Below, piece by piece: positions 37,028 to 47,541 of a stretch of DNA of 47,579 bases. The stretch lies in contig JAGWYL010000004.1 in the NCBI GenBank assembly GCA_018969385.1, forward strand, positions 1 through 47,579. The letters are read 5' to 3'. The position numbers and the translations under genes were made by a program. The notes under the pieces were generated by a model. It did not search any database. It worked only from the letters and a program-made list of their open reading frames with translations, and was not told the DNA's origin. Within the stretch, counting starts at the first letter, position 1. Every line of letters begins with the position of its first letter. The DNA comes from Patescibacteria group bacterium (GTDB lineage: Bacteria; Patescibacteriota; Minisyncoccia; Phycocordibacterales; Phycocordibacteraceae).

Positions 37028-37176
37028 AGATAGTTAAGATACTTATCTATAGTGCCCGGCCTGTCAAGCGGCCGGGTGCGCAAACCCTTACTCAAGCGGG
37101 AACGGGGACGAACCGGCTTGCAGCGGCCATGGGTTCCTACGGTTATTTTTGAGACTGGTTCTAGTACAATGGGTCC

Positions 37177-39300
37177 GTGGAACAGACCTTGCGGCGCGCC
37201 TTTCGTCATGCGACACGGGCGCTCATGGATGCTTTCAAAGCGAAGCGTCGCCTTGCCACCTTCGGCTTTCTGGCGTTCGTGCTGCTCGCGCTTGCCTACG
37301 GAACGGACCGTATGCTGCTTGGCGCGTACGCCCGCCTCGAATCGCCCGCGACGCTCGACCGGAACGGCCTCGTCCTCGCGCTCGCGCCGAATCCCAAGCA
37401 GGAATACGGGCGCTACCTCGATTCCCTGCCGCCGCATGTCGCCGACCTCCTGGTCCGGAAGGAGGACCGCTTCTTCTATTTCCTTCCGGGAGTGAATCCG
37501 GTAAGCATGGCGCGCGCGACGTACGGCTACCTTTCGGGCGCAAGGACGGGCGGCGGCAGCACGATACCCGAGCAGCTGGCGAAGAATCTCCTCGGCGACG
37601 AACAGGACCGCACGGTCGCGAACAAGCTCGCGGAAACGTTCGACGCCCTCTGCCTGAGCCTCTTCAATTCGAAACAGGAGCTCCTCACCATGTACGCGAA
37701 CACGGTCTATATGGGCAACCAGGTGGAGGGGCTTGAAGCGGCGAGCGAACTCTATTTCGGTATGAAGCTCGCGGACCTAGACGATACGAAGCTCGCGATG
37801 CTGCTCGCGACGCTTTCGAGCCCGAGCACGCAGAACCCCTGGCAGGAAGCGAACGCGACGGCGGCGCGGAACCTTGCAGCGCGCCTCGGACTGCGGTTCG
37901 ACCCGCGGCTAGCCATCGTGACCGCCGCGCACGCGTACGCGCCGCCGCAAGATCTCGAACTCGCTTCCATGCACGAGACCTGCGCGTCCACCTGCACGAC
38001 GACGCTCGACGGCGACCTGACACGCCGCCTGCGCGCGATGCTCAAAGCACATGTGGAGAAAGCGTGGGACGCGGGCGCGAGGAGCGGCGCGATAGTGGTC
38101 ATCAAGCTTCCCGAGAACCAGCTGCTCGCCATCGTCGGCACGCCGGACGCGTCCGGAACGGCCGCAGGCCAGCAGATAAACATGGCGACCGAACCGCGCC
38201 CCATCGGTTCGACGGTGAAGCCGTTCATCTACCTCGACGGATTCTCGAAGGGGCTGCGCCCCTACACGCTCGTGGACGACCGCGAGTACAAGTTCCCGAT
38301 AGGAAGCGGCTTCCCGCTCTATCCGAAGAATTACGACGGCATGTACCGCGGCTGGATAACGCTGCATGAAGCGCTTTCGAACAGCCTCAACGTGCCGACG
38401 GTCAAGACCCTGGAGTACATCGGCCTGCCGAATTTCTACTCGTTCCTCGAGGACACGCTGCACTTCTCGCCGCTCCAGGACCTGGACCACTATCAGTACG
38501 GCATCGCGCTCGGCGCGCTCGAGATGGACCCGCTTACGCTCGCCGAGTACCTCACGCTCTTTCCGCGCTACGGGACGCTCGGTCCGCTCCGCCTCTTCCT
38601 CGACGGCACGACGACGCCGTACATCGAGACGCCCATGTCGGCCATCACCGCCACGAGGCGCATCGCCGATCCGGCGCTCACGGAACTCGTGACCAAGGTC
38701 CTGAACGACCGTCTCACGGGCGTCGAGCAGTTCGGGCTCGCGAGCAGCCTGAATCTTTCGGAATCGAATTACGCGGTGAAGACGGGAACCTCGGAGAATT
38801 TCCATGACAGCTGGACCGTCGGCTACACGCCGGACTTCCTGGTCGCCGTGTGGTTCGGCAGCCCGGACAACGCGCAGCTGAAGCAGGTGACCGGCCAGGA
38901 GGGCGCCGGGACCGTTTGGCATGACGCGATGGAGATGCTCATGAATTCGCCGTACAACCGGCATACGCCGTTCGACTTCTCGAAGGTCCAGGATTTCATG
39001 ATAGACGGGAGCGTCGACTTCGGACTTCCGGGCGACACGGTGTCGGCGCACCGGAACCTCCTGCCGGATAACGACCTCATCTTCTCGCCGGTCGACGGAG
39101 ACCGATTCCTCCTCGAACCGCATACGGCGATACCGCTCGTCTCGCCGCAAACGGTCGACTGGTATGCGAACGGCGTATCGCTCGGCACGGGAGAGCGCAT
39201 CATCTTCTCCCCGCACGCGGCGGGAAATTACCGCATCACGGCCGTCAGTTTGGACGGCGTGAGCGCGAGCATCACGGTTGACGTCACTGCGACACCGTAA
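37177..39300 (+). CDS. pbpC: Penicillin-binding protein 1C-like transglycosylase/transpeptidase
   Basis: EDRFF, GGSTI.EQL, GSTVK (SxxK), SLN, KTGT; C-terminal WY.NG beta domain; adjacent to A2M. Confidence 0.85.
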   Translation: MEQTLRRAFRHATRALMDAFKAKRRLATFGFLAFVLLALAYGTDRMLLGAYARLESPATLDRNGLVLALAPNPKQEYGRYLDSLPPHVADLLVRKEDRFFYFLPGVNPVSMARATYGYLSGARTGGGSTIPEQLAKNLLGDEQDRTVANKLAETFDALCLSLFNSKQELLTMYANTVYMGNQVEGLEAASELYFGMKLADLDDTKLAMLLATLSSPSTQNPWQEANATAARNLAARLGLRFDPRLAIVTAAHAYAPPQDLELASMHETCASTCTTTLDGDLTRRLRAMLKAHVEKAWDAGARSGAIVVIKLPENQLLAIVGTPDASGTAAGQQINMATEPRPIGSTVKPFIYLDGFSKGLRPYTLVDDREYKFPIGSGFPLYPKNYDGMYRGWITLHEALSNSLNVPTVKTLEYIGLPNFYSFLEDTLHFSPLQDLDHYQYGIALGALEMDPLTLAEYLTLFPRYGTLGPLRLFLDGTTTPYIETPMSAITATRRIADPALTELVTKVLNDRLTGVEQFGLASSLNLSESNYAVKTGTSENFHDSWTVGYTPDFLVAVWFGSPDNAQLKQVTGQEGAGTVWHDAMEMLMNSPYNRHTPFDFSKVQDFMIDGSVDFGLPGDTVSAHRNLLPDNDLIFSPVDGDRFLLEPHTAIPLVSPQTVDWYANGVSLGTGERIIFSPHAAGNYRITAVSLDGVSASITVDVTATP

Positions 39301-42300
39301 AGAGCGAACCGGCGGTGCGTCCGAAGTCTTCCGGATAGTAGAGGTCGCTCGCGAGCGCGGGCAGGTGCCGGAAGGTCCCGGCAGTCGTCGCGCGCACATA
39401 GTATTCGTACGAATAGGTCCCGGGCGCCACGTCTTCGGCGAAGAGGAAGAGCCGGTCGTCAAGGAGCTCCCGATAATCGGGGATGAACGGCTGATAGATG
39501 ACTCCCGGCGCGCTCGCCGTCGTCTCCGCCGTGCCGAATCCGAAGCCGCTGAAGATATTCCGCAGCAATCCGGAGAAGAAGCTTCCGGAAGCGGGTGCGG
39601 GAGCGCCCGGCGCGGACTGGTCCGCGCCGGCGCTTGCCGCGCCCGAAAGGGTCGTCTGGTCTTCCGTCGCGAGGTTGAAATCGACGAGCTCGAATCCTGC
39701 CGGGATGTAATCCTCCACGGAGAACAGGTGGTGCTCCTTCGGCAGGACGATGGTGAGCACGCCGCGCACGACGTCTCCCACCTTCACGCTCGCAAGCGGA
39801 TGCGCGTCCGCGGTATCCATGAGGCTGTAGAAGTTGCGCGTAATCGCCACCCCCTCGTCGCGCGGAGCAATCTGTTCCGCCGGAAGATAGTACTTGAGGC
39901 TGAGGTCGTAGTAGAACGTGTCCGGCGCGGACGTATGGTCGGCCTTCGTGAAAGTGAGCGGCTCGAGCGCGCCGATGACGAGCTTGGTTATCGGCAGGAA
40001 GGCCGTCACGGGCGTGAGGATGTTTTGCTTCGTGAAATCGGTCGACGATACCGTCGTACCGCCGAGCTTCGTCGTGAGCGTGAAATCGGACTTTGTCTCC
40101 TGCTTCCAGGCGACGTACCGGGAGAGCGCATCGAGCGCGGCCACCGACGCGTTCGTCGAACCCCACGACCCGTCGCTCGCGCGGCTCGCGATCAGCCAGC
40201 GTATGAGGTTGTCCGTCTCGGCGTATGCGCGGTGGTCCGCGGTAAGCGCCGCGATGAGGAGCGCCGTGTCCTTCTCGGACGTCTCGTAGTACTGCCAGTC
40301 GAAATGCGTCGGATCGGGCTTCACGTATGCGCCGCGCGAATCGATGTCCACGCGGTTGAGGAGCGCCGCGAACGCCGCATCCTTGAACGCCGAGGACGTG
40401 CCGCCGCCCGCGGAAAGGAGCGCGAGGTAGCCGAGCGTCTCGCTCGACGCGGTGTCGCTCAGGTAGGCGCCGTTCGCGCGTGCGGTCACGGCACTAAGGA
40501 GACCGGAGAAAGCGGCGGAGCCGGCGTCGGCGCGGGAGAGCACGTACGCCATGAGGATGAGCGTATCCGTATCGCCGCGATTCTCGTACACGGGCACCTG
40601 CCGGTACAGGTACCGGACCGCGGCGTCCATGACATCCTTCCGGACGGCGTATCCCGCGCTCTTCACGGTCACGAGCGAATCGAGTACCGCGATAGTAAGC
40701 GCTGGGTCGGCGCGCATGCCCTTGTAGTAGGAGAAGCCGCCGTCGACGGTCTGATTGTCGTACACGAGGGCGAGACCGGCGGCCACGGCCTGGTCGGGAG
40801 TGTAGCTCGTGCCGTTGAATATGACGGAGGGCGGGGTTTTCCAAACGCCCGCGGCAGCATACGTCTTCTCGGCTATCGCGATGGCGGAAAGCTTGCTCGC
40901 GAGCTGTTCGGAACAGCCGAGCGGATAGGCGAAGAGATACTGAAGCGCATCCGTGAGATACACGGCGAGCGTCGCGCTCGTGCGGACGGTGAGTCCGCCG
41001 CGGTCCGTGAGCACGTTGCCGGGCACGTAGAGGTATTCCGCGGTGCTCGTCGCGGATGTCGAACCCTCCGTGGCGACGGATTCGTACGTCGTGTTCTCGG
41101 TTATCGGAATCTTCTGCTCGACCGTATCGTCGTATGCGGCGTTCTTCGCCGAAAGCGTGAAATCATGCGTGCCGCTCGTCATCGCGAGCGGCGCGAGCAC
41201 CTTGAAGTAGACCGCAGTCGAACCGCCCGCCGGAATGGTCTTGCGGGTGCTCCAATCGCCTTCCTGCGTGAGCGTCGGGCTCGCGAGCGAGACGTCGAGC
41301 GTCTCTGGCTGCGCCGTCTGGTTGAAGATGGTCGCGCCGAGCCAGAACTCGTCTCCGGGCACCACGAAGCGCGGCGCGATGGGGACGGTCATGACATCCT
41401 TCTGCGCGACCACCTGCGTATAATCGACGCCGACTTTCGTATCCTTGGTGATGCCGACCGATTCGATCTGCCACTTGGTGAGGTTGTCGGGAAGCGTGAA
41501 CGACACGTGCGCCGTGCCCGAAGCGTCCGTGATGACGTCCGCCTGCCAGAACGCCGTATCCTTGAATTCGCCGCGCTTGTGCGTCGCAAGATCCGCGGGG
41601 TTCCCGCCGCCGCCGCCCTTCGTGCCGGTTGGAATCGGCATTTCCGCGAGGAGGTTCTTCACGTTGGTCTCCGCGGAAACCGTGAGCGGGAACCCGTCAT
41701 AGAAGAAGACGAGCGGGTCCTTCTTCGGATTGCCCGCGAGCGCGAGCACGGAAAGGTCCGCGACGGCGACCGAGACGTCGGCGGGAACGGCCCGTCCGAG
41801 CGCGTCCGTCGTCCGCACCGTGAGGTTCACCTGCTCTCCCGGGAGGTAGGTCTGCTTGTCCGTCGTCACATTCACGGTAAGCGCGTCCTGCGCGCGGTCG
41901 ACCGTGTATTCAAGCTGGCCGAACTTTACTCCCGGGTCCGGCGAAAGGAGCACGACGGATGCGTACACGTTCGGCGCGTACTCGGCGGTCACCGGGAAGC
42001 TGTATTCGTAGATGCTCTGCGTGAGGTCGACGACGTCATACGTGAAGATGCGCCCGCGTTCGATGGTGATGAGCGCCTTCGCGTGAGGATACGGATTCTG
42101 GATTACGAACTTCGCCGTATCGCCCACTTTCACGTTCGGATTCTCCGCGGTGAGGTTCAGCGTCGCGTTGTTCGTCTCGGCCACCGCAACATTGCCCGCG
42201 CCGTAGACGTACACTTCGGTCGTGCTCTTCACGGCGTTGCCGCGGCTGTCCTTCCCCATGGCGTCTATCTCGTACTCTCCGGACTTCGCGAGCGTAAGCG

Positions 42301-45300
42301 ATTCGCCCCCGTCTCCCGAGCCGTTCGTGGAATAGGTCTTCGTCGAGACCGGCGTGAGCGTGCGGTCCGGACGATTGTAATAGCCGCCGTCCACTTCCTG
42401 CCGCTTGGAGGAGAGCCAATCCACCTTGTTCACCGTGACGGTGATGTTCGATTCGGAGACCGGCTTGCCGGACGTATCGACCGTCTTGAGGCGCAGGTTG
42501 AACGGCTGGTTCACGCCGACGAACGACGGGTCCGCCGCTACGCCGAGGTAGTACTCGCCCCGATGCACGATGAACGACTTCTCGAAGCTGACGGATTTCC
42601 CCTGCGCGTCGTGAATGGTTCCGTGGAAGACGAATATCTTGCTCCGGTCGCCGTCCGTGCCCTGGTAGAGGCTCCCGAAATCGAGCGGGAGCGAGACCGA
42701 GGTCTGCCCGTTCGCGTCGAGCGTCGCCTTGCCGCTCTTGAGATACGTATCGCCGTAGCCGCATCCGTAGCAGGTGTACCAGCCGCTGCCGAAACTGAAG
42801 TAGCGGTCGGTATAGCGGTCGAAGTAGTAATCCTGGGACGTGACGGTGTAGTCGAGCGTGCCGCCGTTAAGCGGGACGCCGAAGTAGTACTTTCCGGAAA
42901 TGGAGATGTCCGCCGTGTCCCCCGCGACGTATTCGTCCTTGTTCGTCGTCGCCGCGGCCTCGAACGCCGCCGCGGAATAGTCCTCGACATTGAACTCGGC
43001 GTAGCCGTTCCTCGCGGATATGGAATACGTCCCGAGCGGCGCGTCCGCGGGAAGCGTGAGGTCCGTGGTGAAAGTCCCGTACTCGTTCATCGGAACGTTC
43101 TGGGTAAGGACGACGTTGCCGCGGCTGTCATCGACCTCGACCTTCACGTCGTTCTGCCGGAATATCTGGAAGAGGCCGTCGAAGTTCACGCGATAGAGGC
43201 CCTTGAGGTGCACCGTCTGGCCGGGACGGTATATGGGGCGGTCCGTATAGATATAGGTGCTTTCCGTCTGGTACGCGCTCTGCCAGCTTCCCTGCGAAAG
43301 CGTGTCCGCCCACGGCGAAATGATCGCCGTGTCGTTCCCGGACGTCACCGTTGCCCCCGCGACGTCCGCGATGAGCGGGAACTCGGCGAAGCCGTTCGCG
43401 TCGGTCGCGTTCGTGCCGGCGCGCACGATCGGAGCGTCCGTGCTGGTCGGGTCGGTCGAACGGTAGACGGAGACCGACGCGGCGGGTACGGCATCGAGCG
43501 TCGTCGCGTTCGTGACCCAGTACACCGAGCCGCGCGTATCGGCCGGCGTCAGATTCGGCACGTCCGGAAGATAGTCATACGAGGTCCACTTCACGCGGTT
43601 ATCGGTGACCGAGAGATTCGTGACGGAGAGGTACGTGCGCGCATAGAGCGGCTTTCCGCTGTCATCCGTGTAGCTCGGGTTGCTGAATGAGAGCACGTAC
43701 TGCCCGCGCGTATCCGCGAAATAATCGGAGAGGTTCACCTGGAAGAACTGGTTGACCCATTGGTCGTTCGTAAGCGGTATCCGCTTCGTCACGGTCGAAT
43801 CGCACGGCAGCGCACTGTCCGGCACCGTGCTCACCTCGGAAGGCTGCGCGGCGAGGAGGCGGACCATGGCTTCGGGACTCACCTTGCAGAGGTAGAGGTC
43901 CGCATAGCCGAAATTCTCCGTCGCGTACGTGAGCGTCGTGCGTCCCGGCGTCGTGACGTCGTATATCTTCTGCAGGTTCTGGAACCGCAGATAGAATTTC
44001 GGCGCGGGCCCCGTCTTGAGCGAAAACGCGAACGAAGCCGTCTGGCCGAACACGTCCGTGACGGTGCCGGTGAGCGAGTACGGGGTGAGCGGCAGGAGGC
44101 CGTAGTGGATGCGGTTCACGTACTGCCCCACCGCGCAGGGCGGGTTCTTCTCGTACTGGTTGGCGGTCTCTAGGTACGGGTTATCCCATCGCCCGAAGAC
44201 CATGTAGCGGTCCGCATGGAAATTCTTATGGAAGGTCGTCGCGTCCTCGCTCGCCAAGGGCGCGTTCGTGCAGAGCACGAGGTCGCTCACGCTCGCGTTT
44301 CCGTCTCCGGTCGCCGGTACGCTTTGCACTATGGCAAGCGCCGGGTACGCGGAAAGGTTCACCGTGAACGGCCTCGCGTTCACCTCAAAGCCCGCGGCGT
44401 TCACGAGCTTGGCGAACGTTATCGGCACCTGCTCGCCGCGCGTAAACGCGTTCGGGTCGAAGGTGAATATGAGCTGCGAAGCGTCGTCCACCTTGATGCA
44501 GTTGCTCGAGGAGAACCAGCTCGTGTCGCCGCCCACGCATTTCTGTCCGTATGCGACGCGCTTCAGTCCCTTCGCCTGTATGGAACTCTTGCCGAGGTCG
44601 ATATCCTCGTAGAAAGAGAGCGTGACCGTCCCCGACGGGTCGAAGAGCGCCGCCGATGCGAGGTCCGTCTTATCCGACTGCGCCGTGACGCCCTCGAGCA
44701 CCGGGCTCGCGGTCACGGTGGTGGTCACCGCGGGCGCGAGGAACGTTCCGGAAAGCGCGATGTCGCCGCCGACCGGGTACGCCGTGTTCACGGAAACGGC
44801 GTACGTCGCGGAGAAATCCCAGACGTTCGCATGGCCGCCGAGCGTGTTCTTCGGGAAGACGCGGAGTATCGAGCGGTCTTCGACGCTCTGGTACGCGTTC
44901 GCGGCGGCATTCCATACGGACTTCGTGCCATACGTCGCCGCAGCGGGAATCTTCCGGTTGGTCGCCGTGTCGGTGATGGTCACCTCCGGCGCCGTCTTCT
45001 GGAGGTCTATCGGCTGGTTGAAGGAGAAATCCACGGGCTGGTCGTACACGATGGTATCCGCGGTCGCGTGATCGAGCCGCAGCGCTTTCGTCGTGAACTC
45101 GTACGTCTTCGCAGGTATGGAGAGCCCGTCCATCGAGACGAGGCTCGAGGGTATCGAGACGCGGTAGTGCGCCGAACCGAAAAGCGAGCCGTGCGGAATG
45201 AACTGCAGCGTCCTCGTGCTTATCCACTTGAATTTCCCGGGCGTCGCGGGCGTGATGACGACGGGCACGTTCGCGGCGCCCGATTCGGATAACGTCGTGA

Positions 45301-45874
45301 GCGGAACCATCGGGCGGTTGAAGACTATCGTGATGGCGGAATCGAGGTCCGCCTCCGCCGAGGCGGACGGGAAGACGCTCTCCACGGCGGGGTCGGCGTC
45401 GACGACGAAATCCTTCGAGAGCGTGCCGCTCGCCGCGGCGAGCGTGACCTCGTAGTGCTGGCCGAGGTCGAGCGCGGCATCCGGCTTGAACACCACCGCG
45501 TCGGGAAGCGGAGAATCGACCCACTGCCCCTTGATGGCGGGCGCGAACGAGACGTCCGCCGCGGCGCCCGCTTTCAAAACTCCCGTCGGCAGGTTCACGA
45601 TGATCGCGCCGTGCTGCGATATCTTGTCGTTCACGAGCGTGTACACCTGCACGTAATTCGTCTTCGGGACGAAGAAGGAGATGCCGCCGGAGAAGGCGCC
45701 CGCGACGAGTACGATGAGGAGGACGGCGAGCAGGATGCCCCCGGCGAAAAACGCCGACCTGCGCGGATGCGCCCGGAACCGCGCCTTGAGGGCTTCGAAG
45801 CGGGACACAGGCGGCAGAGGCGCCGGGAGCGGTGCGGGGAGTGGCGGACGTGCAAGCGTATCCGGCTGGTCCAT
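39284..45874 (-). CDS. Bacterial alpha-2-macroglobulin, TM-anchored, with Ig-like N-terminal domains
   Basis: YTDRPIYRPG, LPDNLT.W, PRF..PGD, thioester motif GCSEQ, WGST, Y.VRA...G.F...A. Confidence 0.95.
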   Translation of the reverse strand: MDQPDTLARPPLPAPLPAPLPPVSRFEALKARFRAHPRRSAFFAGGILLAVLLIVLVAGAFSGGISFFVPKTNYVQVYTLVNDKISQHGAIIVNLPTGVLKAGAAADVSFAPAIKGQWVDSPLPDAVVFKPDAALDLGQHYEVTLAAASGTLSKDFVVDADPAVESVFPSASAEADLDSAITIVFNRPMVPLTTLSESGAANVPVVITPATPGKFKWISTRTLQFIPHGSLFGSAHYRVSIPSSLVSMDGLSIPAKTYEFTTKALRLDHATADTIVYDQPVDFSFNQPIDLQKTAPEVTITDTATNRKIPAAATYGTKSVWNAAANAYQSVEDRSILRVFPKNTLGGHANVWDFSATYAVSVNTAYPVGGDIALSGTFLAPAVTTTVTASPVLEGVTAQSDKTDLASAALFDPSGTVTLSFYEDIDLGKSSIQAKGLKRVAYGQKCVGGDTSWFSSSNCIKVDDASQLIFTFDPNAFTRGEQVPITFAKLVNAAGFEVNARPFTVNLSAYPALAIVQSVPATGDGNASVSDLVLCTNAPLASEDATTFHKNFHADRYMVFGRWDNPYLETANQYEKNPPCAVGQYVNRIHYGLLPLTPYSLTGTVTDVFGQTASFAFSLKTGPAPKFYLRFQNLQKIYDVTTPGRTTLTYATENFGYADLYLCKVSPEAMVRLLAAQPSEVSTVPDSALPCDSTVTKRIPLTNDQWVNQFFQVNLSDYFADTRGQYVLSFSNPSYTDDSGKPLYARTYLSVTNLSVTDNRVKWTSYDYLPDVPNLTPADTRGSVYWVTNATTLDAVPAASVSVYRSTDPTSTDAPIVRAGTNATDANGFAEFPLIADVAGATVTSGNDTAIISPWADTLSQGSWQSAYQTESTYIYTDRPIYRPGQTVHLKGLYRVNFDGLFQIFRQNDVKVEVDDSRGNVVLTQNVPMNEYGTFTTDLTLPADAPLGTYSISARNGYAEFNVEDYSAAAFEAAATTNKDEYVAGDTADISISGKYYFGVPLNGGTLDYTVTSQDYYFDRYTDRYFSFGSGWYTCYGCGYGDTYLKSGKATLDANGQTSVSLPLDFGSLYQGTDGDRSKIFVFHGTIHDAQGKSVSFEKSFIVHRGEYYLGVAADPSFVGVNQPFNLRLKTVDTSGKPVSESNITVTVNKVDWLSSKRQEVDGGYYNRPDRTLTPVSTKTYSTNGSGDGGESLTLAKSGEYEIDAMGKDSRGNAVKSTTEVYVYGAGNVAVAETNNATLNLTAENPNVKVGDTAKFVIQNPYPHAKALITIERGRIFTYDVVDLTQSIYEYSFPVTAEYAPNVYASVVLLSPDPGVKFGQLEYTVDRAQDALTVNVTTDKQTYLPGEQVNLTVRTTDALGRAVPADVSVAVADLSVLALAGNPKKDPLVFFYDGFPLTVSAETNVKNLLAEMPIPTGTKGGGGGNPADLATHKRGEFKDTAFWQADVITDASGTAHVSFTLPDNLTKWQIESVGITKDTKVGVDYTQVVAQKDVMTVPIAPRFVVPGDEFWLGATIFNQTAQPETLDVSLASPTLTQEGDWSTRKTIPAGGSTAVYFKVLAPLAMTSGTHDFTLSAKNAAYDDTVEQKIPITENTTYESVATEGSTSATSTAEYLYVPGNVLTDRGGLTVRTSATLAVYLTDALQYLFAYPLGCSEQLASKLSAIAIAEKTYAAAGVWKTPPSVIFNGTSYTPDQAVAAGLALVYDNQTVDGGFSYYKGMRADPALTIAVLDSLVTVKSAGYAVRKDVMDAAVRYLYRQVPVYENRGDTDTLILMAYVLSRADAGSAAFSGLLSAVTARANGAYLSDTASSETLGYLALLSAGGGTSSAFKDAAFAALLNRVDIDSRGAYVKPDPTHFDWQYYETSEKDTALLIAALTADHRAYAETDNLIRWLIASRASDGSWGSTNASVAALDALSRYVAWKQETKSDFTLTTKLGGTTVSSTDFTKQNILTPVTAFLPITKLVIGALEPLTFTKADHTSAPDTFYYDLSLKYYLPAEQIAPRDEGVAITRNFYSLMDTADAHPLASVKVGDVVRGVLTIVLPKEHHLFSVEDYIPAGFELVDFNLATEDQTTLSGAASAGADQSAPGAPAPASGSFFSGLLRNIFSGFGFGTAETTASAPGVIYQPFIPDYRELLDDRLFLFAEDVAPGTYSYEYYVRATTAGTFRHLPALASDLYYPEDFGRTAGSLFTVSQ

Positions 45875-45931
45875 GGACCTTCTCACTGTAGCAGTTGAAA
45901 GCGGAAGCGAGTAGGGTTATCAACCGCAGGA

Positions 45932-47398
45932 CTATTCGGGAATCTTTCGATACCCTGATTCCGCAGCGCACGAAGTGCACGCGGTGCCAAGGAGCGCGGC
46001 TCCCTTCTTCGCCGACTGCTCGAACCAGTCGGCGAGTTTCGTCGTATCGGCGCCGTAGTCTTCGGACTTGAGGACGATGATGGCCACGCGCCGCGTGACG
46101 CCGTTCACCGGCACGGAAAAGACGGAGGTCATCGTATCGCCCGCGGCGCCCGTCTTCCCCACCTTTCCGCCGATGAAGTCGGAGGAGCCGGAGAATATAT
46201 TGAAATTGTTGATGCGGAAGACGTCCCCGCTGTCCGCATAGAGCGTCTTCGACGGCGTGCGGGTGATGTTCCAGATGAATGACTTCTTATCCGCAAGATA
46301 CGTCGCGAGGCGGAAGAGGTCGTCCGGCGTGGAAACGTTTCCGGAAGAGACGCCGCTCGGGTCCGCATAGTGCGTCGACTGCATGCCGAGCGATTTCGCG
46401 GTCGCGTTCATCCAGGAGACGAAGTTCGCCGTGCCGTACTGCGCCGCCAGCCGGTCGGCGATGGCGTTGTTGGATTCCATAAGGAGCGGATAGAGCAGGT
46501 CGCCGACGACGAAGGTCTCCTGCGTCCTGTCGGCGCTCGCCGCTTCGTGGAGCATCTCGCCCTTGGTGACCGTGACGGGATTGTTGAACATGATGGTCTC
46601 GTTCGCGACGAGCGCCGTCATGAGTTTCGTGAGCGAAGCGATGGGACGCGGCTCTTCCGCGTTGCGGTCGAGGTACACGTCGCCGGTATCCACGTCCGCC
46701 ACGAGGTATGAGGCTGCCGTGACGTCCGGCGCCGGGACGGCGGCAAGCACGAGCGGCGTCGAAGACGCCGCCACGGACGGGTCGTACACGAAGATGCCGG
46801 TTCCCGTATCGGCGAACGCGTAGACCTTCCGCGCGTCATCCGTGCTCAAGCGGATGCAGCCGCCCGAATAATCCGGATTGACCGGCGAGCCGTCCGTGTA
46901 GTACGGCCATCCGTGGATGAAGTAGTTCCCGTAGAATTGCATGCTGTACGGCATGTGCACTTGCTCCTGCTTGTTGAAGTGGTCCGCCTGTTTCGCGAGC
47001 ACGCTGTAGAAACCGGACGGGGTCTCATAGGGCGAACCGGGTTTCCCTTTCGTGAGGATGGGATACTCGGCGACCTCGGCGCCATCCTGGTAGAGCGCGA
47101 GCGTCATATCCTGCAAGTCCGCGGCGACGAACTTCCCCGTCTGCGGAACGGCGTCCGCGATGGTGAGCGAGCCGATGATGCGCTCGGGCGTCGTCGTCGC
47201 GAGCGGGAGCGCGGGCCCGGACGGCGACGCCGCCGTTTCCCGCACCACGACGAGCGCAGGCGCGGGCGTATGGAGGGCGACGGCGTATGAAAGCGCCGCG
47301 CGGCCGAACAGCACGGCCACCGCGCAGGCGAGCAGGAGCTTCATAGCGAAACGGAATCCTTTCCAATCGAAAGAGTGGCCGAGACCCGACATATACAT
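45932..47398 (-). CDS. L,D-transpeptidase (YkuD) fused to D-Ala-D-Ala carboxypeptidase (S11)
   Basis: TPSG.Y, FIHG...SGGCIRL; IASLTK (SxxK), SNN, DPSG, GGKVG; start uncertain (47398, 47392 or 47344). Confidence 0.88.
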   Translation of the reverse strand: MYMSGLGHSFDWKGFRFAMKLLLACAVAVLFGRAALSYAVALHTPAPALVVVRETAASPSGPALPLATTTPERIIGSLTIADAVPQTGKFVAADLQDMTLALYQDGAEVAEYPILTKGKPGSPYETPSGFYSVLAKQADHFNKQEQVHMPYSMQFYGNYFIHGWPYYTDGSPVNPDYSGGCIRLSTDDARKVYAFADTGTGIFVYDPSVAASSTPLVLAAVPAPDVTAASYLVADVDTGDVYLDRNAEEPRPIASLTKLMTALVANETIMFNNPVTVTKGEMLHEAASADRTQETFVVGDLLYPLLMESNNAIADRLAAQYGTANFVSWMNATAKSLGMQSTHYADPSGVSSGNVSTPDDLFRLATYLADKKSFIWNITRTPSKTLYADSGDVFRINNFNIFSGSSDFIGGKVGKTGAAGDTMTSVFSVPVNGVTRRVAIIVLKSEDYGADTTKLADWFEQSAKKGAALLGTACTSCAAESGYRKIPE

Positions 47399-47541
47399 AT
47401 ATAGGTGCAGTATATCGCACCGACACGCCCGCGACGCTCGGAATCGCAGCGCGGGCGAAGCGTCCTTCGCGCTTCCCACGCGTCCTTTTGTCGTCGGGAA
47501 GCGCGCGAAGGAGTAGCCGGCGGGTGGAAGTCCATAGTTCT

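Noticed and set aside
39278-43690. 1470-aa plus-strand ORF
   Set aside because: Antisense shadow of alpha-2-macroglobulin; Arg/Val-rich, no motifs; expected from GC3-biased codons
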